Source: Ophelia neglecta
Lineage: Eukaryota
Reading direction: 5' to 3'
Assembly: GCA_965285935.1 (NCBI GenBank)
Contig: OZ260663.1
Span: 68,200,001-68,264,000 of the forward strand
Length of the DNA stretch: 64,000 nt
Shown: one piece after another, positions 41,758 through 54,401 of the stretch
How positions within the stretch are numbered: position 1 is the stretch's first letter
Layout of the letters: each line of letters begins with the position of its first letter
Made by a program: the position numbers and the translations under genes
The notes under the pieces: generated by a model
Told to the model about the DNA's origin: nothing
What the model saw: the letters and a program-made list of their open reading frames with translations, nothing else
The model's database searches: none

Positions 41758-43333
41758 TTAAGGTATTCGGTCTAAGAGCAATTACACAGTAGTATGGAAT
41801 GTTTAAGGTGTGATAGGCCTAGACAGCAATCAGAGTTAGATATTCAAAACAGGATGATGCGCTCAGCTTTCGCCTTCTTCTACTCATTTCCTTCATGCTG
41901 TCTATCAGACCATAAACAAAACGTGCTACTGTGTTTTTGCCTAGATGTATTTCCTTGCCAGACTGGCACATATACATAATATCACAGCAGAGGATGTTAA
42001 ACTGTAACGAAAAGGAACTGGTGGACCATTTAAAACAATTACATGTACTGGTGGTTTTCAGTTACGTTTCTTGGTTATTGCTGGGTCCTTGAACAACATG
42101 CATTGAGGCTTAAGATCCGTCATTGCACATTACGTCACTGCACATCCGCTTCCAAACTGTTATTTTTAGGCCTACGTTGCTAGTACTACCATGAACATAA
42201 TTCATTTAATACCGCCAGTTTTTCATTTTCAAATATCGAACCGTATCCCGTCACTCAAGTACATAACACTCCATTCTAGTCGGAGTCGGGAATGGCACAG
42301 TTGGTGTCGACAGGTGGAAGTGTTACAGCCATTTTATCGGATGGTGAGTAATCAACTTGAGATGACGTGAAGGGCTGTCGATCTCCTCCACCCAGAAGTT
42401 ACCCCGTCGTGCCGGTCAACAATAGGGTGGAGGTGTATGGTTTATAGATTTCCCTGGAGTTTTCAACGCAGGAAACTCTGAAGGTGGTACTGAAGTCACG
42501 TGGCATCAGTTGAGCATGTTTGTCATCATGGATGCAAGGGTGGTAGTTACTTTTTGACCCTGGATGCTGACACGAATCCTCATAAACAATTCACCTAGAC
42601 TTGCAGATCTTAGTCTGATTTAAAATCCTCAGCAATCGTTTAAATTTTCAGTTTATTTATTGCTTAAAAAGTCAAGCTTGCCCAACCAACCTGACTTTTG
42701 CGTTTAAGTAACAATTTGACCTTCGATGCCAACATGGGCGTGGTAAACTCTTATTCATCAGTGTCGTAATGCCTATTTATGGCTTCAGGTGTTTTTTGTT
42801 TCTCATCGTAACCCGTGGCCTTGTAGGGTGTGTCGTCTGAGGCGTAAATACCTTCTCCAATGGCCTGGGTATTAGTCGAGACTCTAAGACTGCATCTTAC
42901 AACTAGTTCACGCAGACGACAGGACGTGATTCCTGAACAGTACTTGTATCGTCGTCTGCTTTTTGCCCCATTAGCAGTCGGGTCGACGTGTTTCAAGTGG
43001 AAGCGACAGGAATGGCAGAAAATGCATTTTCCGAGCTACTGCTGTGATTTTACGGCTGTTTGGACGCTGCTCGGTGTCGTGTCGACATGAATGACTAAAC
43101 CAACTTGGCAATAAAAGAATGATGACCAAGTACATGCAGATACGTAGGCTTATACAAGATTCTTTCTATTCCTGAGAGGATATATGCATGTGGAAGGAAT
43201 TGTATATTTAATGATTCGTGGTTACAGGTACCTGAAATAACTAGGTTGGGCCCTTATTTTATCTTAGTGTGCATTTATATTTTTTGCCGACATATAGGCC
43301 TATCAATTGGGATAATATACCAGACAGGCTGTC

Positions 43334-43396
43334 TGATCACAGCGTCTAGTAGATGATCACAGCGTCTGCTAGATTATCACTGTGTCTAGTAGATTA
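43334..43396. repeat. 20-bp tandem repeat x3
   Basis: tgatcacagcgtctagtaga / tgatcacagcgtctgctaga / ttatcactgtgtctagtaga. Confidence 0.85.
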
Positions 43397-44759
43397 TTTG
43401 CAGTACGTTTCTGAGAATCTCCTAGGAGATTGTAAGACTTGGAAACAATGACTGCACTCGAACTCTGGAACTACCAGGTTACTATACTGTTGCTCCTAAA
43501 TAGACCTGAAAAAATGAACTTTGAAAAATGACTGTTATAGTTTCAAGCTAAACTCAATATCATTTTCAGGACAATATGACACTGCATTGTGGATTCCAGT
43601 TGGAGTAAATCACTCTAAACTAATTTAAATGGGTAGGCATACATCTTATTGTTAATAGGATTTACATGCGCATTTAAAACTGAATGTTTATTTCTTATCA
43701 TAATGCTTATAGGAATTTAGCCACATCACACCAAATTATTTGAAAATTAATTCATTCTGTAAAGTTTCCACTGTGTGTCTAATGAACTTACATTCATAAA
43801 TAGCCTTTATGAATTAAGTTCCTACTTTGTCCAAGTATTAAACAATGTGCCTTGGCACATCAATTCCTAAACTATCTCAGCAATTCTTTATACTTGAAGT
43901 AATAAGATCGTTTATAAACCAACTGCTCGTGATTAACTGATATATCAGATTCCATATTAAATCGTCTCTTTTGAATATACTCTGATAAAACAATTGTTTA
44001 TAGGACTATTCTCACTAATCTTTATAATAGCTCATTTAGAACTATTCTCGATGTGCTGCCTATTTCACTAAATGCGCTGTATCAAATAGAGCGGTAGGCC
44101 GATTATGATTAAACTCAGGACGCCTTGACGTGGATCCTTCTCTGTAGGGATGCTCTTAATGGCCACTCAGAGAATAATCCATTGGGAGAAGGGTTTCTAT
44201 TCAAGGCCCTTAGATTTGAATAATGCTGCATGTATTCAACACATAGGCCTATATCATTTTCACAAATAAATAAAGCATACCAACTGAAAGTGTGCAGCAC
44301 CAAAAAAAATGGTTCTCTTTCAAACTTGCTATATCCTCATATATTAATGTTAACAGGTAGGCCCTATATCAGAGATTGCTTTCATGCTGACAATTGTAGA
44401 AGCACTCAACTGGGGACCACAGCTGGTCTATATACTGTGTACCAGCCCTTGTCTATGAAGGGCACTATTAACTGAATGTGTCAAATAGGATTTATAGAAA
44501 TTGAAAACAGGAATGGGTCCAAGATTTCCTGCAAATTTCTAGCCATTGACCATCCGGTAAATGTTCAACTATACAAGGCACTGTCAGAGAGTGTACCAGA
44601 AGTGTCTGGTAAATCATCAGGTTGGTCAAAGACATTTGTCAACGTGATAATATATGCATTCCGTGTTTTTTTGCCCACTCAGTTTTCTGCTAGAGAGATC
44701 CCTGCTTCTATTAGACTGTGTTTCAAAGTATGTGTGTCTGTAATGATAATAAAAGATAA

Positions 44760-45600
44760 TATGGACATTTAAAGAGCGCTCCTTTCCTCGTAAAAGAACA
44801 TTTTTTTAATATAAAAAAGAAAAACGTGCTATAGATAAGCCTCAATTGAAATTGAAATGAAATAAATACGGGTTTAAAGCAAACTAAAAACTAATGGCAG
44901 ACATTTATTTCCAGCCAATCAGCCATTAAAAGCGAACTTGAGAAAATTGGGTCTTAAGCCTGATTTATAAGTGTTAAATCACGTGCTAGCTCTCAGGCCG
45001 CTTGGCAATTAGTTCCAAAGCTTGAGTCCAGGTGTGACCAGGCTCGACCTTGTAACCTTGAGAAGGTGTTCTGACTCTGACCATTGTAAACCTGAAGGTT
45101 TATGAATTTCGACAAGTTCTGAAAGGTAATGTGAAGACAGGCCATGCAGTGCCTCCAATGTCTGAGAGGTCGTCTTGTACTTAACCCGAAAGGCGACAGG
45201 GAGCGAATGCAGCTCGCACAGAAGACGTGTTAAACATGCATCATGGTCTCTCCTACGGGAGAGAAACACAAGGCCAGCTGCGCAGTTCTGGACTCCCTGA
45301 GGCCTAAAAACTAATCTCAGTGAAGCACCACTCGAAAAGGAATTGCATTAGTTCAGTTAAGACATAATATCCAGAGCAATGACAAGTCTTTTGGTGGTAT
45401 CAGTGTTTATTATGGAGATGTGGCGATGATGAAATGTGGTTGTGACTTAGGCACGCTCGACACCTAGGTGTCCATGTTGAGAGAGTTGTCAAACACAACT
45501 CCCAGATAACGAACTGGCTTTGTTTGAGCAAGGAATGTCACCTCCCACGTGCGCTGGAAGTGAGGGTATATTGCATTTAACCAGTTCGAAATGAAGGCTG
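44760..45600 (-). mobile_element. 5'-truncated, decayed L2-clade LINE (ORF2 C-terminus plus 3' tail)
   Basis: Minus-strand peptides YLGVVFDNSLNMD, QGVQNCAAGLV and LLCELHSLPVAFRVKYK...LHGLSSHYLSEL...LLKVTRS...PGLKLWN match the L2 pattern 'LQRVQNAAARL..HITP.L..LHWLPV..RI.YK...GLAPSYL...KLWN.LP'. The 3' boundary is approximate. Confidence 0.85.
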
Positions 45601-48310
45601 CTTACTGTCCCTCTACCGATGTCATTAACCATTAAGGGCAGGAGTATGATGAATGCTACAAACCAGTGTGTTCTCATCTAACGACTCGCGAACACGTGGG
45701 AATAACGCGTTGAGCATGGTTCTTAACGCGCCGGGTTAACGCATTGATCTCGAACAATCGGCATTCCCGACGCGTTCAGGGATTCCTTTATTTGTCCGCC
45801 CACTTAATTAAAAGTAGGATTTAGTCATGGCCAGAAACGGTGGCAGAGGTTGAAATGTCATTATGGACCCACAACAGCAAATAAGGCACGAGTGTCATAT
45901 CGACTTTGTGCTCTGAATAAATTAAGGCCTAACAGCTTTCTTAAAAATACCGATAATTGTATCCAAAAGATGGTATTCTCCTGATATCAGTTTTACAAAT
46001 AGGCGATGCTGTGCCAATATACCGCGTGAGTGGTGTCATGAAAACCTTTATGTCTGATGTGGTTCCCAGCCGACCACATGCATTGAGCAGACGATAAAAG
46101 AAAGCCCAACTTATAAAATCAAATCTAGCCGAGGCACCTGTATGGCTTTTAGACCCCATTATAAAAAGTTTGTCATAATAGGATTGTAAGAGCCTGGGCA
46201 AAAGAGGTCTATATGTTTCGTGTGGCACGGAATGGAAAATGTAGCTATAAACCCATACATGCCAATGAACAAAAAGGCTTTGCGAAATGATCATTTGATT
46301 TCTAGACGGTCGAGGGGCTTTAGTAGCATATTGCTGTCGTCTATCCTGGACTATCTATAGACGATTTCAAAAATTGTCAAGCCAGAATAGTTTCCGGGGA
46401 TCCTCCGGACTTGCAGTGGCATATTATGAAAGCCTATGTCTGGCGATTACTTGGCGAAAGTATTGATTGGATGTAGGTCTACAAATCAATTACACCTATA
46501 ATCAATTGTTTACCCAAATTACGTTAGCCGCGTTCCTAAAATATTGTTGTCTGGAAATCTATAAAAATTCAATAAAGAACAAAACGAATGAGCAGATAAA
46601 ATTTACAATAATTTGGCTAAAATGTGATTTCAGTACTCCCTCGGTTAAGTAAACGAGGTTTGCTGGACAAATTAAGGGACCTAGTCTAGGCCAACAATAA
46701 AGAAAGTGGATCACGTTTTCACATACCGCGTAATGGCAAACGCTGTTTTAAAAGAAACTATAATACATTATTATAGCACCATCATGTGTTTTGGGGCAGG
46801 GTTACTAGTAAGTGACCAAAATGACCCCCCGCCCCCTATACTTATGGAGGCTTGAAAGGAGATATATACAACCGTTTATGTATATATCGCTTTATCCTTG
46901 GCGTTTCGTGATGCCAACAAAAAGATATTTAGTGACTTGCGGACGAAGCAATATGAAGCTAGGCACATTTTGGTCCGAAGCAAGTGATACATCCGGAGAG
47001 CGGTAGCCCGAGGAAAATTTTATTTACTTAAGACCCCTATTGGTTCACTTTGCAAACGTAAAGCAAGCTCATATTTGTTTTAGTGCGTTTTTCTTGCTTA
47101 TGATTCCATCTTGACCACATTTGAGTCGTCCAAACCGCCAAGCGCAATAAAGAGAATGTCTTATACTACTCCATAAGCATATATCTAATGAAATGCCTCC
47201 CTTTGCTCCGGTAAATTTCTCCAGAACTTCTTTCTCAAACGTCCATAGGAATGCATATTTAATATTTGCCATCTTATTTTTATGGTAATATCGTGTTTGT
47301 CTTAATTATTAACGCGAATGTCCAATTAAAGTGTGATGCTTCCAACTACCAATATTAGCACTCTAGTTGCGATAAGAAGAATGTCAGGTAATGCTACAAC
47401 TGGACAAGACTGTTCAAGTTGATATCTAGCAGTGGGCAATCCCCTCCTAACTTCCGTAACCAAGACTAACATCACCAAATGAATAGTGGTACGGCAATAT
47501 ATATCAGTATTTATTACCACGACTCGTTGGCGGTAGACCAATCACAGTATCCTCCTACTCAAACATAGGTAATACATAATCCGTATCGTTGCAATATACC
47601 GTTGTTGTTATTATCTAGGCTGTAATCAACATATAAAGGCCAGCCTTTATACATTTACAGGCAATCGAGAATTTACAGGTCTGACCATGGAAAAAATTAC
47701 AGAATCAGTATGATTTAGCTGACTCGTCATAATAATCGTCATTAAGTGGATAATCCGGTTTATGATGTCGTTTACCTGCCTTCGGACAGATATTGCGGCA
47801 GGTATAAGTGGGATATATCAGAATAAGGCCTACTAAATCCCGTAAAATATGTACTGGGAAACTAAAAAGCTCCAATTCAAAGTCATTTGCCGAGCACAAG
47901 ATATCGTACGAACACGCAAATACGACTCGTTACAATTTGTACGGCATAAGGATCAGGTTATGGACTAGATAATACCATCCTATAATATCATAACTTCCGG
48001 TGTTAAGAACCGTGTAGGCCTAATACTATTTAAAATTAACGAAAAGTTTCCATACCTGATAGTCATATTTTTTGGAATAATTTTAATAAGATTAAATGTC
48101 ATTAGATTTGTATTTAATTATTAAGCTATTATCTCTGTTTAAACGAATTATTGTCTATAAATAATAGATATAATAATCACTTAATTAAGGAACAAGAGAC
48201 CAAGTATTTCTGCGGCAATATAGTCTAAGATGCAGTTTAAAGTGTAGGTCAGTGCAGAATGTTCGTCAGCCGTCTGTTCAAACCAATTTTAACCGGTAAT
48301 TTTATTTCAG

Positions 48311-48491
48311 GGTTCGCCATGTACCGCCTTAATGACACCCACAATGAAATGGTCTCGGAGGATAGCATAAAAATACTGTACGAAGATGGTCACTGGAGTA
48401 AGCCCTATTTTGACTGCAAAGGAGGTGATATATGGATGATGACCTATACAGTGCCATTTTATGGATGGCGTAATGACAGCTATCACTTTAA
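48311..48491 (+). CDS. Internal coding exon of a GPR158/GPR179-family (CG31760-like) class C GPCR, extracellular Cache domain
   Basis: Acceptor ttttatttcag|G at 48310 (phase 1) and donor AA|gtaagt at 48492 (phase 2), 181 bp open. Peptide GFAMYRLNDTHNEMVSEDSIKILYEDGHWSKPYFDCKGGDIWMMTYTVPFYGWRNDSYHFK matches the invertebrate family motif YEDG.WSKPY.DC.GG.IWM.TYTVPF.G. It has two N-glycosylation sequons (NDT, NDS). Confidence 0.9.
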
Positions 48492-48814
48492 GTAAGTTCC
48501 TAATCAATTTACTACATTAAAATCTCACCCTTTGGGTATATGATAACATTATATTTCTTGGCCTTGAAGCAGATTCACAACGAACACAGGGGAAAAACGC
48601 GACCTTCTCTTTATACTACACTTACCTGTATTGAAAATGGTCCCATTGTTATTTTGTTGTCTTTTAAATTTAAAAAAATCCCTAACATATCGACTTATTT
48701 GAAATTTATGTGTAGGCCTAGATTGCAAGGTATTTGATACAGGAAAAAGATTATTTCCCTAATTATTGGATGAGAGTTTGCCAAGTGGACAGGACTGAAT
48801 CGGTCACACCAGGG

Positions 48815-49131
48815 TTATTTGATTGGGGTTTTACGTGGCTTTCAACACTTATCTGGTCATATTGCCACAGTGCCTACTTGTGACAGTGGGCTAAATGCCC
48901 TCTTTAGAGTGCTGCCTAACTGGAGTACCTGCCGTAGACACCAGACAGGGAACCCCACCCAGTCACATTATACTGACACTGGGTTGACCAGTCCTGATTT
49001 TACCCCCGAAATACCGGGCGGCTAGCAGGGGAGCTATCAGTACCTATTTGTACGTTTTGGGTTTGACGCGATCGGGATTCTAACCCCAATCTACGCGGAC
49101 ACCCTAACCACTCGGCCACGCCTTGCTGGTG
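48815..49131 (-). mobile_element. tRNA-derived SINE with V-domain-like core
   Basis: On the minus strand: A-box TGGCCGAGTGG, degenerate B-box GGTTAGAATCCC, core gtcaaacccaaaac..ggtactgatagctcccctgct...ggactggtcaacccagtgtcagtataatgtgactgggtgggg, and tail gttgaaagccacgtaaaaccccaatcaaa. Imperfect TSD ggtcacaccaggg (48802) / ggtcacagcatgg (49132). Confidence 0.8.
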
Positions 49132-52100
49132 GGTCACAGCATGGCCTGATGGCGTCCGTGGGCTCTGGCTTAACGTATGTACTCGTGGCCCTACGAGAAT
49201 TTGGCAAACATCTACCTAATGGTCTATAGGTTTTTGTAGCTTGTTCCTGACTGGAAAGGCGATTAATTCAATCGATTGATTCTAATGCAGTGTCAGATTT
49301 ACGTATGTCAGATGTGGGGGCAATTAACTTTTCGATCGCGCTTGACCTGTATATTTAGTACTCGCTTTGACCTATAGAAATACGATAATATAATTATGTC
49401 CATGGTATTTGTATCCTGGACAACCTGGTTGCCACGACTTTAATCCAGCTGTTTAATGTTAATTTTCTCCTGCAGGCCTTTATACTGTGGTCAGTGATTT
49501 ATAAGGACTATTAATGATAGTTCCGGTCCGGTGTCTAAGATTTTTTTATCCCCTGGTTGTTAACTTCTTCAAAGTCCTAGGGTAGTTCGACCCATGGGAC
49601 GAAAAATACCATTATTAGGAAACCGGTGTAAATGTGTATATACACTGTCCACTGTGTGCACTGAACATTTGACATATCTATATATGATGATTTATTCCTT
49701 TGTCTAGTTTATATAAACCATTATTTATATGAAGGTTTAGAAATAATTGAATGTGTGTTCATGGTCATCCGCAAACAGTATTCGATCCTGTTTTCTCGTG
49801 TGGACATGTCTTTGACAAACACTAATTGCCTTAGAGGTTGGTAAATGTACGGATATATAAGTCTACATTCTTCACTCATGGTACCAGTACGGGGCAGGAG
49901 CCTTCTATTACCAATTACCCGAGTATTAAGCCTTATCACTCCAAGCATCTCAATTTAGAGTACCAGTGCTGGGTTTCAATTCCAAACGCTCAACAGCAAA
50001 ACTTTAATTGGGGTTGGGAAATTAGAATGGAATACCAATAGCGCCAATGCCATTCCGCATGTCATAAAATTGCCCAAGAAACTACAAGAAAAAGTCTACG
50101 AAGAGCAGACAAAAGCCTATCGTTATGCGTTGGCACTAACAGCCGACAACTTTGGCATATAATCTATGAATATGAAACTATGCCTGTGTACCAAGGATAA
50201 CTACCTTATTGATTACACACCTCTTACCCTGCTCCTAGGAAGTCACTTGTCTGCCATTAAACCAGAGTGTTGTGTTGAAGACATAGATAACCATTAATGA
50301 CTCCATATTTGTACTAACGATCTGGCAAACAGTGGTATTAGAAGTTGGGCAGAAGCTCGATACGGAAAACACGAGTTACCTTATCATTACAAAACAAGAA
50401 GAAAAGAATCGCATCATTGATTAGCTGCCGACAACATAACCGCATGGCACAGCGTGTGCAAAGAGTTTGTCACACATCAACGTGTTATCGGTCTGAATCG
50501 GATAAAAGTCTGTGCTGCTACCTAGTTCAAATAAGGCTGGTTTCAGGTTCAGTTACGTTTCAGTTTAAACAGAAGACAACCGTCTATGAATGTTTCATAT
50601 GAATTTAAACCTGACTTACTGTGGCATCTATATATTTCAATAAGTATATGCCTTCCTTTTCACACTTGTTTTAAGCTCATCAATTTTGGTCAAAAACATG
50701 AAAAATATTCGCCTTGCAAAGATTAACCAGTGTACTTATATTTGCCTATATATATTTACCAAATAACCCATTTACTAAATTATAATAAGTTTCTTTAAAT
50801 CAGGAAAGGTGATATAATTTGGATTGAAACATAAGGCAAATTATCTTGTTTGTGGTTATTCCTGGGACGAGTCGTCTATTTTGCCCGTTTCCCATACAGT
50901 ATATTGAAGTTTATCGCAGAGTAAATATGGCGCTCACCGGAAGAAATCCATAATGTAAATATTGCCTATATTCTTGGTCCCCTATTATGGTCAAAGAGAG
51001 TCCTTTAGGATCATTTACATCAATAGACCGGATCAACCGATATTGTGCCTCATTGGCTCATTCAATCTACGACTTAATGAAAAATAGGATGCTTTTAACA
51101 TCTTGTATACTAAAAAGCAACGTCTAGCCTTGGTGTCCTCGTGCAGTTTTTTTTTAACCTCACATTGCATTGACGACATGAGCTAAAAATACTACTTGAA
51201 TTCCAAGAGCCCTGTCAACTACTATGTATTTACCACTCATTTCATTCCCCAGCTTCCGGGGGCAGGAAATAACTTACCGAGGACGGATCCTAGCCCTGCA
51301 CATTTCCTGATTTTGGGCTCGAAGAGGCATGTTTGTCTGTATTGAGCGATTCCCACTCAATAACCACATTATCTACAGGCTAATTTCATTCAGACCTTTA
51401 TGAAAGCTTCTAATGGCTATATCGTCTGCTAGGCACATCCATAGCGTGACCTAGCAGGGTTCCCACCGCTTTCCACCGGAGAGGGATTTCAAGGCTGATT
51501 TTAGGCTTTCGTCTGAATAGGCACCATGTTCTGTTCTTTAAACCTAAGTTTGGTTGCTTCCTGCCCAGGCCGGATGGAAGAGAAACCTTGAAGTCAAGGA
51601 ACTGTACCCGCAGCAAGCATATTAAAAGGCGAACATCGTGTGCTAGTGTTACATTGTACTCAATACCGGCACTATAAATGGGACAAGCTTATTCTTAGAG
51701 ACAATCATGTAGAGGCTTAAGCTTATTATGTTTTCCCTCTGATCCTAGGTGAATATACAAAGAAGCAATTGATCGTCAACGAGGAAAAAATAGTTCGGCC
51801 TACATTATGATCTCAAAACATGATTTTGGGCTGTAGGGTCAGGTATTCCAGGTGCAAGAGGAAATACACCATTTTAATTGTTATTCATGTTAGGAGGGTT
51901 ATCAGTTTGTGTATGATGTCCATCGACTCTTTTTTAATATGTATAAATATCATATTAAAGCCTGCCGTATCGTTATTCCTGATTAACAGCTATGCAGTTT
52001 CTTCAACTTCGTGAGTAGTACTCAGAGTGGTTAGTTGCTCTTCCGTGCTAATTGTACGTTTCCATAGTAAAAGAGAGTTAGCCTATTCAGGGATGTCACA

Positions 52101-52560
52101 AGAAAACTGAAATTTGAATTCGCGTATTTCAATTAGTTTTTGAACATCTGGTGGAACGATAGTGTAATCAGACAATAGTTATAGGCCTATACCAGCATAG
52201 TATGGAATGGCATTTTTTTACCTTTTAGAATGTGTAGAGCCGATCTATATGCACTGACATTCATACCGGTAATACCCAGCCTGGACGGTATTGTGGTAGT
52301 TAGAAGACAGACGACTGGTTCCTGTGAGCAAAATCAATAGGACTGCCATACTTTGGCGCCATTTAGGGTGTGTTGTATCGTAATATTCGTGTCATATGAC
52401 AGGTTTTGCGCTAGTTATTTTATATTTTTCTATGCTAATAAAAATGACAATTAATTTGGATACGTATGCTTCTCACGTTTTCCCCTGTGGCTTAGGCATA
52501 TAAGTTGCCTGATGACAACTATTAAATCATTTACTATTTAAATCAAATCTACCAACAATT

Positions 52561-52680
52561 ACTACTGCTGCTGCTGCTGCTGTTGCTGCTGCTGTTGCTG
52601 CCGCTTTTGTTGCTGCTGCTGCTGCTACCGCTCCTCCACCACCACCACCACCACCACCACTACCAATACCCCTACCACTA
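52561..52680. repeat. Compound trinucleotide microsatellite (CTG/TTG)n-(CCA)n
   Basis: ctgctgctg...ccaccaccacca. Confidence 0.9.
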
Positions 52681-54318
52681 ATACAATTTTCAACAGCAGC
52701 CAACCTGCCTTAGTTGATGCAGAAATTTGAATGTCAGCCAGCCCGTTAGCCTCCTCGTAGATTTATCTGGCTGTATTTCCAGTACCTATCTATAGGTGTC
52801 CTTTAATGGACGTAACATGAGCTTTACGCAATTGTTTGTACGATTAATGATAATCTAGCTCAAGCATGGTAAATGTAATCCTGCCAATCTCAATTATAAT
52901 TTGCCTAGAACTTGTCCGATTTTATGAAATATCCCCCAGATTTTTGGTTTTTAAGCGAAAACGATTGGAAAACAGGTTCATCGACGTCCCCGCTAAATGA
53001 CGGTCCTCTGATCGGCCTTGGAGCAAGGGCATGCAAACCTTTCGGAATTACGGATTATTTTGATGCTGCAGCATGCGACACAATGTTAAATCCGCAGTAA
53101 ACTGTTCAGAGAGCTGAATTCGTGCACATGTTGAGCTTACATGATAAAAAATGAAAAAATTCAATAATAGGTTATATTTACCCGATCAGCATTTAAAGAA
53201 ACTTGAAGGACATAGAAGATGAGAAAGGTTCAAGAAAATCTAAAAGAAAATCCAGTAAGAAACTAACCATCAAACCATCAAACCTTGTGAATTTAATAAA
53301 CGTCTAGTTATTCGGGATTAACCTAACCTGGTTCAGGTATTAAATGAAAAGGCTTACTCGTCGAATCTCTCATATGAACAGTATAAGTTTAAATTAAGCC
53401 AGTCGGAATCTAAGAGTTTTATGTTTTCCTGTTAGTGTACCACTAACTCACAGAAGATGAGAGGAGATTAGGTTTATTTAGTCGCCGCACAGCAAGGGTC
53501 ATATTTATGCTTTACATAAGAACTTTGGCAGTGTCGTTCACCTTTATAACGGGCATATTATGTCGTCCTTCATTGACGCACCTTGGCGACAGACCACCTG
53601 CTATTGGCCTTTTTAGGTCCCAAAGATCTACGGGCATGGCCACTTCCGCTGAAGTTCACAAATTTATTGCCCATTTCAGCCATTTACCAAGCTCGTTGCA
53701 GAGCTAAAACTTTCGAGTTTTTAATATAATGAGGTTGGTTTATTTACTTCATTTTAGCCGCAAGTGCAAGTGCCAATACTAAACCCTCTCCTGTCGTAAT
53801 TTAGGAAAACGTTTACTTTAAAGGTAGCTTCCAAGGGACTATCACGGTTAAAAGTGTTCAAGGAAACTTCATCAAATGGCCCGTTTCTCCATTGCCTTCT
53901 TGCTTGAAATTTGCTCTGCATATAAGGGGAAGATTAGCTACTGTCGCAGGACGGTAGCAAGTGTAATATAATGATGGTCTTTGTAATATATCATTTATAA
54001 TAGGGGACACGGGCAGGGAATATATATGTGATAAAAAGTTGGCATTCCCCATGCGCACTTAATTAAGTTTTCAGTTTTTTTTACTTGGCAATATGGAAAA
54101 CGTGTGTAGACGTTTGATGAAAAGGGCTTTCAGCCTAACCTGGTTCCAAGGGGAGGGGTAAGTCCAGTATATCACAAATATTTAACTCGGACTATAATAT
54201 CAAATATTAATTTTAAGGAAGGTTTGAATAACACATAAATATCTTATGCGGATTAATTGTTTTCATCTCGTCGAATATTTGTTATATCTATTGTTGATGT
54301 TTTAAAGGTAGCATAACA

Positions 54319-54401
54319 ATAGGCCTAGCAGCCTTGTGATGGTCCAGTTGGGATTAGGCCTAGCACCTTTTGAACGGTCCAGTGGCTATAAGCCTAGCAG
54401 C
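54319..54401. repeat. ~35-bp tandem repeat x2.3 containing TAGGCCTA
   Basis: taggcctagcagccttgtgatggtccagt / taggcctagcaccttttgaacggtccagt / taagcctagcagc. Confidence 0.8.

Noticed and set aside
48259-48495. Listed 78-aa ORF as a complete gene
   Set aside because: The first 17 codons and the stop are intronic. The homologous part is bounded by splice sites at 48311-48491.
52561-52680. Poly-Ala/Gln/Pro coding tract
   Set aside because: No enclosing ORF or splice-bounded exon was found, so it is treated as a microsatellite.
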